Assembly (NCBI GenBank): GCA_052327205.1
Contig: CM126204.1
Span: 158,410,001-158,474,000 of the forward strand
Origin: Somniosus microcephalus
Lineage: Eukaryota
Direction: 5' to 3'
Length of the DNA stretch: 64,000 nt
Each line of letters begins with the position of its first letter. Positions within the stretch are counted from its first letter, which is position 1. Below the pieces are notes generated by a model, which was given only the letters and a program-made list of their open reading frames with translations, was not told the DNA's origin and made no database searches. Both the position numbers and the translations under genes were made by a program. This document shows positions 50,201-60,017 of this stretch, one piece after another.

Positions 50201-51543
50201 TGCCTGCACCTGGGCCCGCTGGGCCTGCACTTGGGCCTGTTGGGCCTGCACTTGGGCCTGCAGTTGGGCCTGTTGGGCCTGCAGTTGGGCCTGCAGTTGG
50301 GCCTCTTGGACCTGCAGTTGGGCCTCTTCCCGTTCAAGAGCTTGCTTCTCATCTAAAGATGCTGCGCGCGCCATCAACGCCGCCCGTTCAGCCTCCGCTC
50401 TCATGCGTCGCACCGAGCTTGTGGTAGAAGCGACTGACCTGCGTCCAGAAACAGAGCTACCTTCTTTTCGATTTTTGCTCGGTCTGGCGGAAGTCTCTGA
50501 AATGCTATCGTCTGGTCCGACTTCATCGTCAACCTTATCTTTCTCTGCTGTATCAGCATCTTGACGAATTTTTAACATCCACTGCTCCGTGGCCTTGATA
50601 TAGTCCTTAATGCTGGTTGATTTAAGATCAAACCAGTCGTGCTGATCAGTGTTTCCCTCTTCTTCAGACAGAAGTGCTAATATATCTTCATTGAGTATAT
50701 TAAATTCTTCATGCAGCTTGGAGAAATCGTAATACACCATGTCTTCAGCTTTCTTAATATTAGCATTATCTTCCATGAGACGATCAATTATCTTCATTTT
50801 TCCAGTTATCTGAACTAATTTAGCCTTCCTTGCACCTATGCTTCTATGTAACTTCTCTTCCCTTGCCTTTGGGGTGAGCTTTATTTCCCTCTTTTGGCCA
50901 GCAATCATTCTGGCTGGGGGAAGCTCCTGGCTCCTTAAGGCCTCGGCCATTTTACCCGCAGCTCTTATTTAGCTTCTCAACAGAATGAACAAAGCAAGTA
51001 ACAGTCACTGTACCTTCGCTTTCTTAAATTGTCGTCTGGCTCCGTGACCATTCATGTATACGTTCGCCGACGATTCCATCCCTTCCTTCTTAGGGAGCTA
51101 GTTTTTGACTAATGTAGTGGCGCTTCTTAGTTTCCAAACAGGCAGGCCACTGGGCTGTGGGGCTTTTAACATCGAGTAGACGCGTGTCGAAATAAAACGT
51201 TCCCAAACGTAGCTTTGTCTTTTAAACTGTTTACTATAACACTTAACAAACAGAATTACAAAGCAAACACGTATAAACGAACACGGTCAAAAACTGTACT
51301 GCTCCAAACCTCACAGCTTCTGCCTCTTTCACCACGTGCAGTTTAAAACTGTAAGATGGCTGCACCCATGTGTGGCTTAGGGACTGTTCCATTGTGGCAA
51401 GAATGAAGGGGGTGTCGGACTATACTACTGGAGCAAGAAAATAGGGGGTTTCTTAATACAATAAGTCGTTCAGGTAAATTAACTGTATTATGCCATTTAG
51501 CCACTATTTTAAAGTATTTTCTTAAGCTTTTATGGCTCTTACA
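44206..51543 (-). mobile_element. BEL/Pao LTR retrotransposon, full length, apparently intact
   Basis: 431-bp LTRs at 44206-44636 and 51113-51543 with no difference found by eye; TSD ATCTT at 44201-44205 and 51544-51548; PPT AGGGGCCGGAA adjacent to the 3' LTR. Confidence 0.97.
44762..50950 (-). CDS. BEL/Pao Gag-Pol polyprotein, 2062 aa, uninterrupted
   Basis: Three Gag Cys-His knuckles (CLFC...H...C, CFGC....H....C, CREC...H....H); protease FMDPGS; RT KIRVVFDC, FGATSSP, FYVDD; RNase H FSDAS, TIPRLEL, WTDST; integrase H-x4-H...C-x2-C, DYFGP, SDNGTNF, GGVWER. Confidence 0.97.
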   Translation of the reverse strand: MAEALRSQELPPARMIAGQKREIKLTPKAREEKLHRSIGARKAKLVQITGKMKIIDRLMEDNANIKKAEDMVYYDFSKLHEEFNILNEDILALLSEEEGNTDQHDWFDLKSTSIKDYIKATEQWMLKIRQDADTAEKDKVDDEVGPDDSISETSARPSKNRKEGSSVSGRRSVASTTSSVRRMRAEAERAALMARAASLDEKQALEREEAQLQVQEAQLQAQLQAQQAQLQAQVQAQQAQVQAQRAQVQAKKERLEMKTAIEVSDARLSAYEDYEGSRDGGSHCQSTLPHRVGSRAPSRVTTEPESNSSALQHGRVASPLTGARDATPDVRRSRLDPADDHQRPEDTGRSLYRVMQRQNEITEMLVKQQNLFRLPQRDIPVFQGDPLKYKPFIRSFEQAIDSKTESSSDKLYYLGQYTSGKPQDLVRSCEHMRPDRGYIEARKLLQQHYGNELKIATAYIEKATKWPQIRSEDGEALNAYVLFLIGCRNTMEGVEFMEEMDNPTTMRIVISKLPYRMREQWRRTAFEIMERRKSRARFADLVNFIDKQAKIARDPLFGNIQDVSPTTDGRVKAKPAESKTLRKGGSRGSSFATIVTQAEEERPQNSSPKKSSTVTPANAFQKPCLFCQKNHTLDFCSDIKAQPHKDRIEFLKYNGLCFGCLSQGHLSRNCKQRTTCRECTRKHPSLLHIHKEEQVSKKSEENNTDEKVVSSALVSLEPETCGLTGAGDSACILAIVPVRIKSKRSEKVVETYAFMDPGSSATFCTESLMRQLNVRGRRTEIILRTMGHEKSMQSYILSDLEVCGLEEKDFIDLPNVFTQRKIPVRIGNLALQKDVDRWPYLEKVRLPYIEAEIGLLIGTNAYKTMEPWQVINSKDDGPYAVRTALGWVINGPVRRDDGHKSNKEERQNVTVNRISIASIEELLIQQFNADFSERSREEKTEMSQEDHQFMGLMTRSTQFIDGHYHIGLPLRRQTAKMPNNRCIAEQRAISLKRKLNKNPDFHEDYKDFMRNIIAKGYAVKVPEEQLNRDDGRVWYIPHHGVYHPKKKKIRVVFDCAASFRGTSLNDQLLQGPDLTNTLIGVLTRFRQELVAMMADIESMFYQVRVPDEDADLLRFLWWPDGDVSEAMVECRMAVHLFGATSSPSCASYALRKTAEDGKGKAPSEAVETIFRNFYVDDCLKSVSTEDDAIALSRDLRTLCSNGGFHLTKWISNSRAVPASIPEKERATEVKDLDLSHDVLPIERALGVQWCIESDTFNFRIMVNERPSTRRGILSVVSSIYDPLGFLAPLILPVKPMLRELCRDKRGWDEDIPEGQAQRWHRWLTDLQQLSSFNVSRCIKPASFGVTKTAQLHHFSDASEDGYGTATYLLLTNQQGQKHCAFLMGKSRVAPLKQVTIPRLELTAAVVAVKVDQVMRKELQLPLEESVFWTDSTTVLKYIENEKIRFKTFIANRISSIREATQPSQWRYVNTSLNPADQASRGLKAENFMRSETWIQGPSYLLETERSWPERPDMPSQITEDDVEVKRSVTVNFITTKENFDTVNKLVNHFSGWHQLRKAVAWFLRLKELLLHLSGKRKEYRATISQSESNPDKQRMLLQQYMHQHKTTLSKNSLTVEDLAKAEKEIVCFSQRQRYPEETEALQQNTPIKKGSHIYKLDPTLQDGVLRVGGRLNKSAMPEEAKHPAILSKDLRVATLILQHIHQSIGHSGRNHVLAKLRQRYWIPGANSVIRKILSECIVCRRLHARAGEQKMADLPEDRLLPDKPPFTNVGVDYFGPFEVKRGRSLVKRYGVLFTCLTIRAVHIEVAHTLDTDSCINALRRFVCRRGQVSIMRSDNGTNFVGAERELREAIEGWNQLKIQEAMMQTGIKWIFNPLAASHHGGVWERQIRTVRKLLSSVLKQQALDDEGLQTVLCEVEAIINDRPITKTSDDPNDLEALTPNHLLLLKTQPAMPPGVFKKEDLYARRKWRQVQYMSDLFWTRWTREYLPLLQERQKWSKIKRNFIIGDIVLIVDDSAPRNSWLMGKIIKTMPDSRGVVRRVCLQTKTSTLERPITKLCLLQEAA

Positions 51544-53066
51544 ATCTTATATGTTTCAATAAGATCGCCTCTCATTCTTCTGAACTCCAATGAGTAGAGT
51601 CCCAATCTACTCAACCTCTCCTCATATGTCCATCCCCTCATCCCCGGGATTAACCGAGTGAACCTTCTTTGTACTGACTCGAGTGCAAGTATGTCTTTTC
51701 TTAAGTATGGACACCAAAACTGTATGCAGTATTCCAGGTGCGGTCTCACCAATACCTTGTACAACTGAAGCAATACCTCCCTATTTTTATATTCTATCCC
51801 CCTAGCAATGAAAGCCAACATTCCATTGGCCTTCTTAATCACTTGCTGCACCTGCATACTAACCTTTTGAGTTTCGTGCACCAGGACCCCCAGATCCCTT
51901 TGTACTTCAGTACTTTCCAGTTTCTTGCCATTAAGATAATAACTTGCTCTATGATTTTTTCTGCCAAAGTGCATAACCTCACACTTTCCAGTATTGTATT
52001 CCATCTGCCAAACCTCTGCCCACTTACTTAGCCTGTCTATGTCCCCTTGCAGGTTTTTTATGTCCTCCTCACTCACTACTTTCCCTCCCATCTTAGTATC
52101 ATCTGCAAACTTTGATATGTTACACTCGGTCCCCTCCTCCAAATCATTAATATAGATTGTAAAGAGTTGGGGACCCAGCACTGACCCCTATGGAACACCA
52201 CTAGTTACTGATTGCCATTCTGAGAATGAACCATTTATCCCAACTCTCTGCCTTCTGTTAGATAGCCAATCCTCTATCCATGCCAGAATATTACCCCCAA
52301 TCCCGTGATTTTTTATCTTAAGCAATAATCTTTTGTGTGGCACCTTGTCAAATGCCTTTTGGAAGTCTAAATACACTACGTCCACTGGTTCCCCTTTATC
52401 CACCCTATATGTTACTTCCTCAAAGAACTCCAGCAAATTTGTCAAACATGACTTCCCCTTCATAAAACCATGCTGACTTTGTCCTATTAAATTATGATTA
52501 TCCAAATGTCCTGTTACTGTCTCCTTAATAATGGACTCCAATATTTTACCTACCACAGATGTTAGGCTAACCGGTCTATAGTTTCCAGCCTTCTGTCTAC
52601 TGCCCTTTTTAAATAAGGGCGTTACATTAGCAGTTTTCCAGTCTGCCGGGACCTTTGTTGAGTCCAGGGAGTTTTGAAAAATTATTACCAATGCATCCAC
52701 AATCCCTACTGCCACTTCCCTCAAGACCCTAGGATGTAAGCCATCAGGTCCAGGTGATTTATCCGCCTTGAGTCCCATTATTTTACCGAGTACCACTTCC
52801 TTAGTGATTTTGATCGTGTTTAGCTCCTCCCCCCCATAGCCCTCTGTTTGTCCAGTGTTGGGATATTCTTAGTGTCTTCTACTGTAAAGACTGATACAAA
52901 ATATTCATTCAGTGTTTTTGCCATCTCCATAATGAATAGCAAGGAGTAATGGCAAGCCTGTAATGTAATGCGTTATAAATCATAAGAGTGAAGCTTGAGT
53001 GAATCTGTATCTGAAAGTTGTGTGAGTGAAGAAGCTGAAGACAAGTTTTTTGTTGAAAGCACGTTA

Positions 53067-53769
53067 GGGGAAAAATTGGGTTGGTTTGCGCCTCTTGTTA
53101 GCCCCGGGGGGCGCTAATGGGGCGCAAATCCCCTAGCGCCCGGGCGCGGCACTGCTAACGCCTTCTGCAAAATTCAGCGGGAGGTTAGTGGCGGTGGTAG
53201 CCGATAGCACCCCACGGCACATGCCCCACTCATGCCCCGACCGCAAACTTCACTTGCGCCCCTGACATATTGCCGGATGGTATGTCCAACAGGATCAGGG
53301 GGCGTTTATGCAGCGGCGGCGGAGCAACTTAAAGTGTCGGGTGGCCATTTTTATTTTGGGCCGACTGCCAGCACTTGCCCCCTTTCACTTTTTTATGCAG
53401 GGTGCTCACCGCGATCACTCAGCCCGGCACTCCTCTTGAGTGCCGGCTGTTTTCACGGCACCCTGCTCCCCGGTGTTCTAGCAGAGCCCCGGTGCGCGCA
53501 GCGCTAGGCCCCCCCCTTTAATCAGGGGAGGAGGCCTGCAATGACGTGGCGCTATGTGCCACTGCACGTGGCGCTGTTGCACGTAGTGCCACGAAATTCA
53601 GTAGTAGTGCCCCAAGCAAGAGGTGGAGTGCTTTCCAGTAGCGCCCCACCTCCTGCTTGGGGTGCTACTACTGAATTTACGGTGGAGGGGTGCAAACTTT
53701 TTCGGTGCGCTAAAATTAGCACCATGGCGACGTTAGTGCCCCAGAAGGAACGCAACCCAATTTTCCCCC
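53067..53769. mobile_element. GC-rich Harbinger-type MITE
   Basis: TIRs GGGGAAAAATTGGGTT (53067) / AACCCAATTTTCCCCC (ending 53769), one mismatch; flanks TTA / TTT. Confidence 0.75.
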
Positions 53770-55063
53770 TTTACTTTTTCCATTTGTGGGGTTATGGTTC
53801 TGTCGATGGGTTGAAATCATTCTCTCCTGTTTAAGTTGGTCATAAAATAAAAATGAAAACAAACTGAGATAAATGAGTCTATAGTTTTTGCGCTACTGCA
53901 TATATAGTTCCTATTGGATTTGCATGTTAAAGACAGGTGACAGCTGTACACCAATATTCACAAAAAGATAATTGTGTGTCAACCGTGGCTCAATTGGTCC
54001 TCTACCAATCTGCCCCCGCCACACAGTACTGCCCCCCAATTATCATAATCCATGACAAGGCCTTGGACAACGTGGACCACTTTCCATACCTTGGGAGCCT
54101 ACTGTCAACAAGGGCAGATGTCGATGATGAAGTCCAACACCGCCTTCAGTGTGCCAGTGCAGTCTTTGGTCGCCTGAAGAAGAGAGTGTTTGAAGACCAG
54201 GACCTCAAACCCAGCACCAAGCTCATGGTCTACAGAGCAGCAGTGATACCCACCCTGCTGTATGCCTCAGAGACATGGACCATGTACAGCAGGCACCTCA
54301 AAGCACTGGAGAGGTACCACCAACGCTGCCTCTGCAAGATCCTGCAAATCCAATGGCAAGATAGGCGCACCAATGTCAGTATTCTCGCTCAGGCCAACAT
54401 CCCCAGTATTGAAGCTTTGACCACACTTGATCAGCTCCAATGGACAGTCCATATCGTCCGCATGCCCGATATGAGACTCCCAAAACAAGCGCTCTACTCG
54501 GAGCTCCGACACGGCAAGAGAGCCCCAGGTGGGTAGAGGAAACGCTTCAAGGACACCCTCAAAGCCTCCTTGAAAAAGTGCAACATCCGCACCAACACCT
54601 GGGAATCCCTGGCCCAAGACCACACAAAGTGGAGGAGAAGCATCCGGGAAGGCGCCGAACACCTCGAATCTCTTCACCGGGACCAAGCGGAAGCCAAGTG
54701 CAAGCAGCACAAGGGGCGCACGTCAACCCAAGCACCCCACCCCCCCCTTCAAACACCATCTGCCCCGCCTGTGACAGAGACTGTAGGTCTTGCAATGGAC
54801 TCATCTGTCACCTGAGAACTCATTTTTAGTGTGGAAGCAAGTCATCCTCGGTGTAACATTTGCACATTGAATTCTCATTGGCCCGCAGGCACCTGTAAGG
54901 AATACCTATTATATTCACATGTGATCACATGCTGAGTTGTCATTGGCCTGCAGGCATCTGTAAGGACTGCTATTGTTTTGAAGACCCAGACTAGGGGTCC
55001 TAACGCCATCTTTTTCCCCACTGAGCTGCTATGAGTAAGATCACAGAGTAAGATCAGACCTAA

Positions 55064-58000
55064 TCTATATCTCTATATATATAAAGCGGCTCTTCTGTCT
55101 GCCTGGATGTCTGTCCCGATGTCTGTCTGTCTGGATGTCTGTGTTCTATACGTTTAAAAGTTATAGAGCGTACCAAAGCGCGCGTCACCTCAAAAGAAAG
55201 CTTGCGATTCCGGACCGGTCATAGGCGTATTTACGTTTCGGCCGGACAAAAATCGCGCCCGCGGTATCCAAAAAACGTTCAGCGTTCTGCTCATTAGCAT
55301 CTCATTAGCGACCGTGTGACGTCGAGGTCGACCAATCGTACGGCGGGTTCCTGGCGCGTGCCATCCTACAGTTGAGTGTCGAGTGACTTGACGATTGACC
55401 AATCCTACGCTTCGGCGACCTGACCGGCCGACCAATCGGTGCGTGTGTGGGCGGGCCTTATCCTTCTGAACCGAGGTGAGTGGCCGCCATCTTGCTTCCA
55501 TTCCTTTTCCTGCTTTCTGCGTCTTTCTTTTCAAATATACATTTCCAGCAAAATAAAATTGAATTTATTAAATTGTTTTAAAAAAAACTTCATTCATTTG
55601 TAAATATTTTTTCTAACCTGAACATTCTTTTTCCTACCTTTTCCCGTTTTTTTGTTAGGCCTGAAAGCCTGGGCTTTTCTTGCCCAGCCAGGCCCGAGCT
55701 AGGGCTTCTGCTCAGCTCCAAACCCCCCCCCGCCCCCCGCCGTCACGTTACCCGGGGCAACGGCGTCAGCCACGAGGGTCAGGGAGCGTGCGCAGCAGGA
55801 GCAGGTGAGACGCGGCGTCGGATCTCGGCCTTGGTGAGCGGGAAGGGTTACCCTGGCAACCAGAGCCGCAATCGGCGGAATTCAAGCCAGCTCGGCCGGG
55901 GGGGGGGGGGGCGGGGCTCGGAGAGCGGGGCGAGGCGGCTGGTGCTTGGAGAGCGGGGCTCTCGGCCGGGGGGGGCGGGGCTCGGAGAGCGCGGCTCTCG
56001 GCCGGGGGGGGCGGGGCTCCGGGAGCGCGGCTCTCGGCCGGGGGGGGCGGGGCTCGGATAGCGCGGCTCTCGGCACTGCGGGGCGGGGCGGCGCGGCAGG
56101 GTTACCCCGGCAACTGGGCGTGGTCACAGAACCACTGAAACCCCACAGTGCAGATAGAGGCCATTTCGGCCCATCAGCCTCAAGCCCTCCCTTCCTCCCT
56201 CCCCCCCCCCGCCCTCACTCCCTCCCCCCCTTCCCCTTCCTCCCCCCCTCCCTTCCCCCCCCCCCCCGGGAGGGAGGGCGCCAACCTCGGGAGGGAGGGA
56301 GCCCCCCCAGTCGCTCTCTCTCCCCCCAGTCGCTCTCTCTCCCCCCCAGTCGCTCTCTCTCCCCCCAGTCGCTCTCTCTTCCCCCCAGTCTCTCTCTCTC
56401 CCCCAGTCTCTCTCCCCCCAGTTTCTCTCTCTCCCCCCAGTCTCTCTCCCCCCCAGTCTCTCTCTCTCTCCCTCCCAGTCTCTCTCTCTCCCCCCCGTCT
56501 CTCTCTCTCCCCCCAGTCTCTCTCTCTCCCCCCCAGTCTCTCTCTCTCCCCCCCAGTCTCTCTCTCTCTCCCCCCCAGTCTCTCTCTCTCCCCCCGTCTC
56601 TCTCTCTCCCCCCAGTCTCTCTCTCTCTCCTCCAGTCTCTCTGTCCGCAGTCCCTCTCTCCCCCCAGTCTCTCTCTCTCTCCCCTCCAGTCTTTCTCTCC
56701 CCCAGTCTCTCTCTCCCCAGTCTCTCTCTCCCCCAGTCTCTCTCTCTCCCCTCCAGTCTCTCTCTCCCCCAGTCTCTCCCCCAGTCTTTCTCTCCCCCCA
56801 GTCTCTCTCTCTCTCTCCCCAACTCTCTCCCTCTCCCCCCAGTCTCTCTCTCTCTCTCTCCCCCACTCTCTCCCTCTCCCTCCACTCTCTCCCTCTCCCC
56901 CCAAGTCTCTCTCTCTCCCCATCTCTCTCTCCCCTCAGTCTCTCTCTCTCTCTCCCCCCCACCCCCCCGGTCTCCCCCCGTCGCTCGCTCGCTCTCTCTC
57001 TCTATCTCCCCAGTCTCTCTCTCTCTCCCCAGTCTCTCTCTCCCTTCGCCCATCTCTGTCTCTCTCCCCCAGTCTCTCTCTCTCTCTCCCCGTCTCTCTC
57101 CCCCAGTCTCTCTCTCTCTCTCCCCCTCAGTCTCTCTCTCTCTCTCTCTCCCCATTCTCTCTCTCTCTTTCCCCAGTCTCTCTCTCTCTCTCCCCGTCTC
57201 TCTCCCCCAGTCTCTCTCTCTCTCCCCCTCAGTCTCTCTCTCTCTCTCTCTCCCCATTCTCTCTCTCTCTTTCCCCAGTCTCTCTCCTCTCTCTCCCCCG
57301 TCTCTCTACTCTCTCTCTTTCTCTCCCCCATCTCTCTCCCTCTCCCCCCAAGTCTCTCTCTCTCCCCATCTCTCTCTCCCCTCAGTCTCTCTCTCTCTCT
57401 CCCCCCCACCCCCCGGTCTCCCCCGTCGCTCTCATCGCTCTCTCTCTCTATCTCCCCAGTCTCTCTCTCTCTCTCCCCAGTCTCTCTCTCCTTTCGCCCA
57501 TCTCTNNNNNNNNNNNNNNNNNNNNNNNNNNNNNNNNNNNNNNNNNNNNNNNNNNNNNNNNNNNNNNNNNNNNNNNNNNNNNNNNNNNNNNNNNNNNNNN
57601 NNNNNNNNNNNNNNNNNNNNNNNNNNNNNNNNNNNNNNNNNNNNNNNNNNNNNNCCAGTCTCTCTCTCTCTCTCCCCGTCTCTCTCCCCCGGTCTCTCTC
57701 TCTCTCCCCCTCAGTCTCTCTCTCTCTCTCTCTCCCCATTCTCTCTCTCTCTTTCCCCAGTCTCTCTCCTCTCTCTCCCCCCGTCTCTCTACTCTCTCTC
57801 TTTCTCTCCCCCATCTCTCTCTCTCTCCCCCAGTCTCCCTCTCTCCCCCTCAGTCGCTCTCTCTCTCCCCCCTCAGTCTCTCTCTCTCTATCTCCCCAGT
57901 CTCTCCCTCTCTCTCCACATCTCTCTCTCTCTCACCCCTCAGTCGCTCTCTCTCTCCCCCTCAGTCTCTCTCTCTCTCCCCTCAGTCTCTCTCTCTCTCT

Positions 58001-60017
58001 CTCCCCCCCACCCCCCGGTCTCTCTCTCTCCCCCGTCGCTCTCTCTCTCTATCTCCCCAGTCTCTCTCTCTCCCCAGTCTCTCTCTCCCTTCGCCCATCT
58101 GTGTCTCTCTCCCCCCAGTCTCTCTCTCTCTCCCCGTCCCTCTCCCCAGTCTCTCTCTCTCTCTCCCCATCTCTCCCCCAGTCTCTCTCTCTCTCTCCCC
58201 CTCAGTCTCTCTCTCTCGCTCTCTCCCCATTCTCTCTCTTTCCCCAGTCTCTCTCTCTCTCTCCACATCTCTCTCTCTCCCCCTCAGTCTCTCTCTCTCT
58301 CCCCTCAGTCTCTCTCTCTCTCCCCCCCACCCCCTGGTCTCTCTTCTCCCCCCGTCTCACTCTCTCTCCCCCCAGTCTCTCTCTCTCACACACCCCAATC
58401 CTCACTTCACACTCCCAACTCTCTCTCCACACTCCCAATCCTCACTCACACACACCCCAACACCACTCACACACTCCCACACACACTCACAACCCACTCC
58501 CCACACACACACCCAACCCTCTCACTCACACTCACCACACCCCCACACACACACTCCACACCCACCTCACACACACCCCACCACTCACACTCCCACTCCC
58601 CACTCTCACACTCCCAATCTCTCTCTCTCACACCCACACTCTCCCACACTCCAACTCTCTCTCACACTCCCAATCACTCTCTCTCACACACCCAATCTCT
58701 CTCTCTCACACTCCCAATCTCTCTCTCTCTCACACTCCCAATCTCTCTCTCTCTCTCACACTCCCAATCTCTCTCTCTCACACTCCCAATCTCTCTCTCA
58801 CACTCCCAATCTCTCTCTCTCTCACACTCCCAATCTCTCTCTCTCTCACACTCCCAATCTCTCTCTCTCTCACACTCCCAATCTCTCTCTCTCACACACT
58901 CCCAATCTCTCTCTCTCACACACTCCCAATCTCTCTCTCTCACACACTCCCAATCTCTCTCTCTCTCTCACTCCCAATCTCTCTCTCTCACACTCCCAAT
59001 CTCTCTCTCACACACTCCCAATCTCTCTCTCACACTCCCAATCTCTCTCTCTCTCACGCTCCCAATCTCTCTCTCTCACACTCCCAATCTCTCTCTCTCT
59101 CACACTCCCAGTCTCTCTCTCACACTCCCAATCTCTCTCTCTCTCTCACACTCCCAATCTCTCTCTCTCACACACTCCNNNNNNNNNNNNNNNNNNNNNN
59201 NNNNNNNNNNNNNNNNNNNNNNNNNNNNNNNNNNNNNNNNNNNNNNNNNNNNNNNNNNNNNNNNNNNNNNNNNNNNNNNNNNNNNNNNNNNNNNNNNNNN
59301 NNNNNNNNNNNNNNNNNNNNNNNNNNNNNNNNNNNNNNNNNNNNNNNNNNNNNNNNNNNNNNNNNNNNNNNNNNNNNNNNNNNNNNNNNNNNNNNNNNNN
59401 NNNNNNNNNNNNNNNNNNNNNNNNNNNNCTCACACTCCCAGTCTCTCTCTCTCACACTCCCAATCTCTATCTCTCACACTCCCAATCTCTCTCTCTCTCA
59501 CTTCCAATCTCTCTCTCTCTCACACTCCCAATCTCTCTCTCTCTCACTCCCAATCTCTCTCTCTCTCACACTCCCAATCTCTCTCTCACACTCCCAATNN
59601 NNNNNNNNNNNNNNNNNNNNNNNNNNNNNNNNNNNNNNNNNNNNNNNNNNNNNNNNNNNNNNNNNNNNNNNNNNNNNNNNNNNNNNNNNNNNNNNNNNNN
59701 NNNNNNNNNNNNNNNNNNNNNNNNNNNNNNNNNNNNNNNNNNNNNNNNNNNNNNNNNNNNNNNNNNNNNNNNNNNNNNNNNNNNNNNNNNNNNNNNNNNN
59801 NNNNNNNNNNNNNNNNNNNNNNNNNNNNNNNNNNNNNNNNNNNNNNNNNNNNNNNNNNNNNNNNNNNNNNNNNNNNNNNNNNNNNNNNNNNNNNNNNNNN
59901 NNNNNNNNNNNNTCTCTTCCCCCCAGTCGCTCTCTCTCTCTCTTCCAACAACAACATGCCCTCAAAAAGCCTCGGCACCGCCGGGCTCCCCCAGCACCGC
60001 CGGGCTCCCCCAGCTAG
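55064..60017 (+). mobile_element. Non-autonomous Helitron-type element, copy 1
   Basis: A|TCTATA start, (CTGT)n tract near the 5' end, 3' hairpin CTCGGC-ACC-GCCGGG then CTAG; no TSD; host LTR rejoins as AA|TG. Confidence 0.8.
56290..59945. repeat. Pyrimidine-rich minisatellites (CCCCCAGT(CT)n, then CACACTCCCAAT(CT)n) with three N gaps
   Basis: Directly visible; gaps at 57506-57654, 59179-59428, 59599-59912. Confidence 0.95.

Larger units (their letters stand above)
43687..52930 (-). mobile_element. 5'-truncated CR1 split by the BEL/Pao element
   Basis: RT ORFs 52796-52188 and 52181-51544 end LIETYKI and resume KIVKGLDRVDAG at 44205; tail (ATAAGAAC)n at 43695. Confidence 0.93.

Noticed and set aside
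51099-51112. BEL PBS resembling the complement of an snRNA Sm site (AUUUUUGAC)
   Set aside because: Short low-complexity match with no free 3' end at that position; the match to the element's own LTR is longer and simpler.
57000-58000. Apparent internal duplications around the 57506-57654 gap
   Set aside because: Near-identical blocks flanking a gap in low-complexity DNA may be an assembly artefact.
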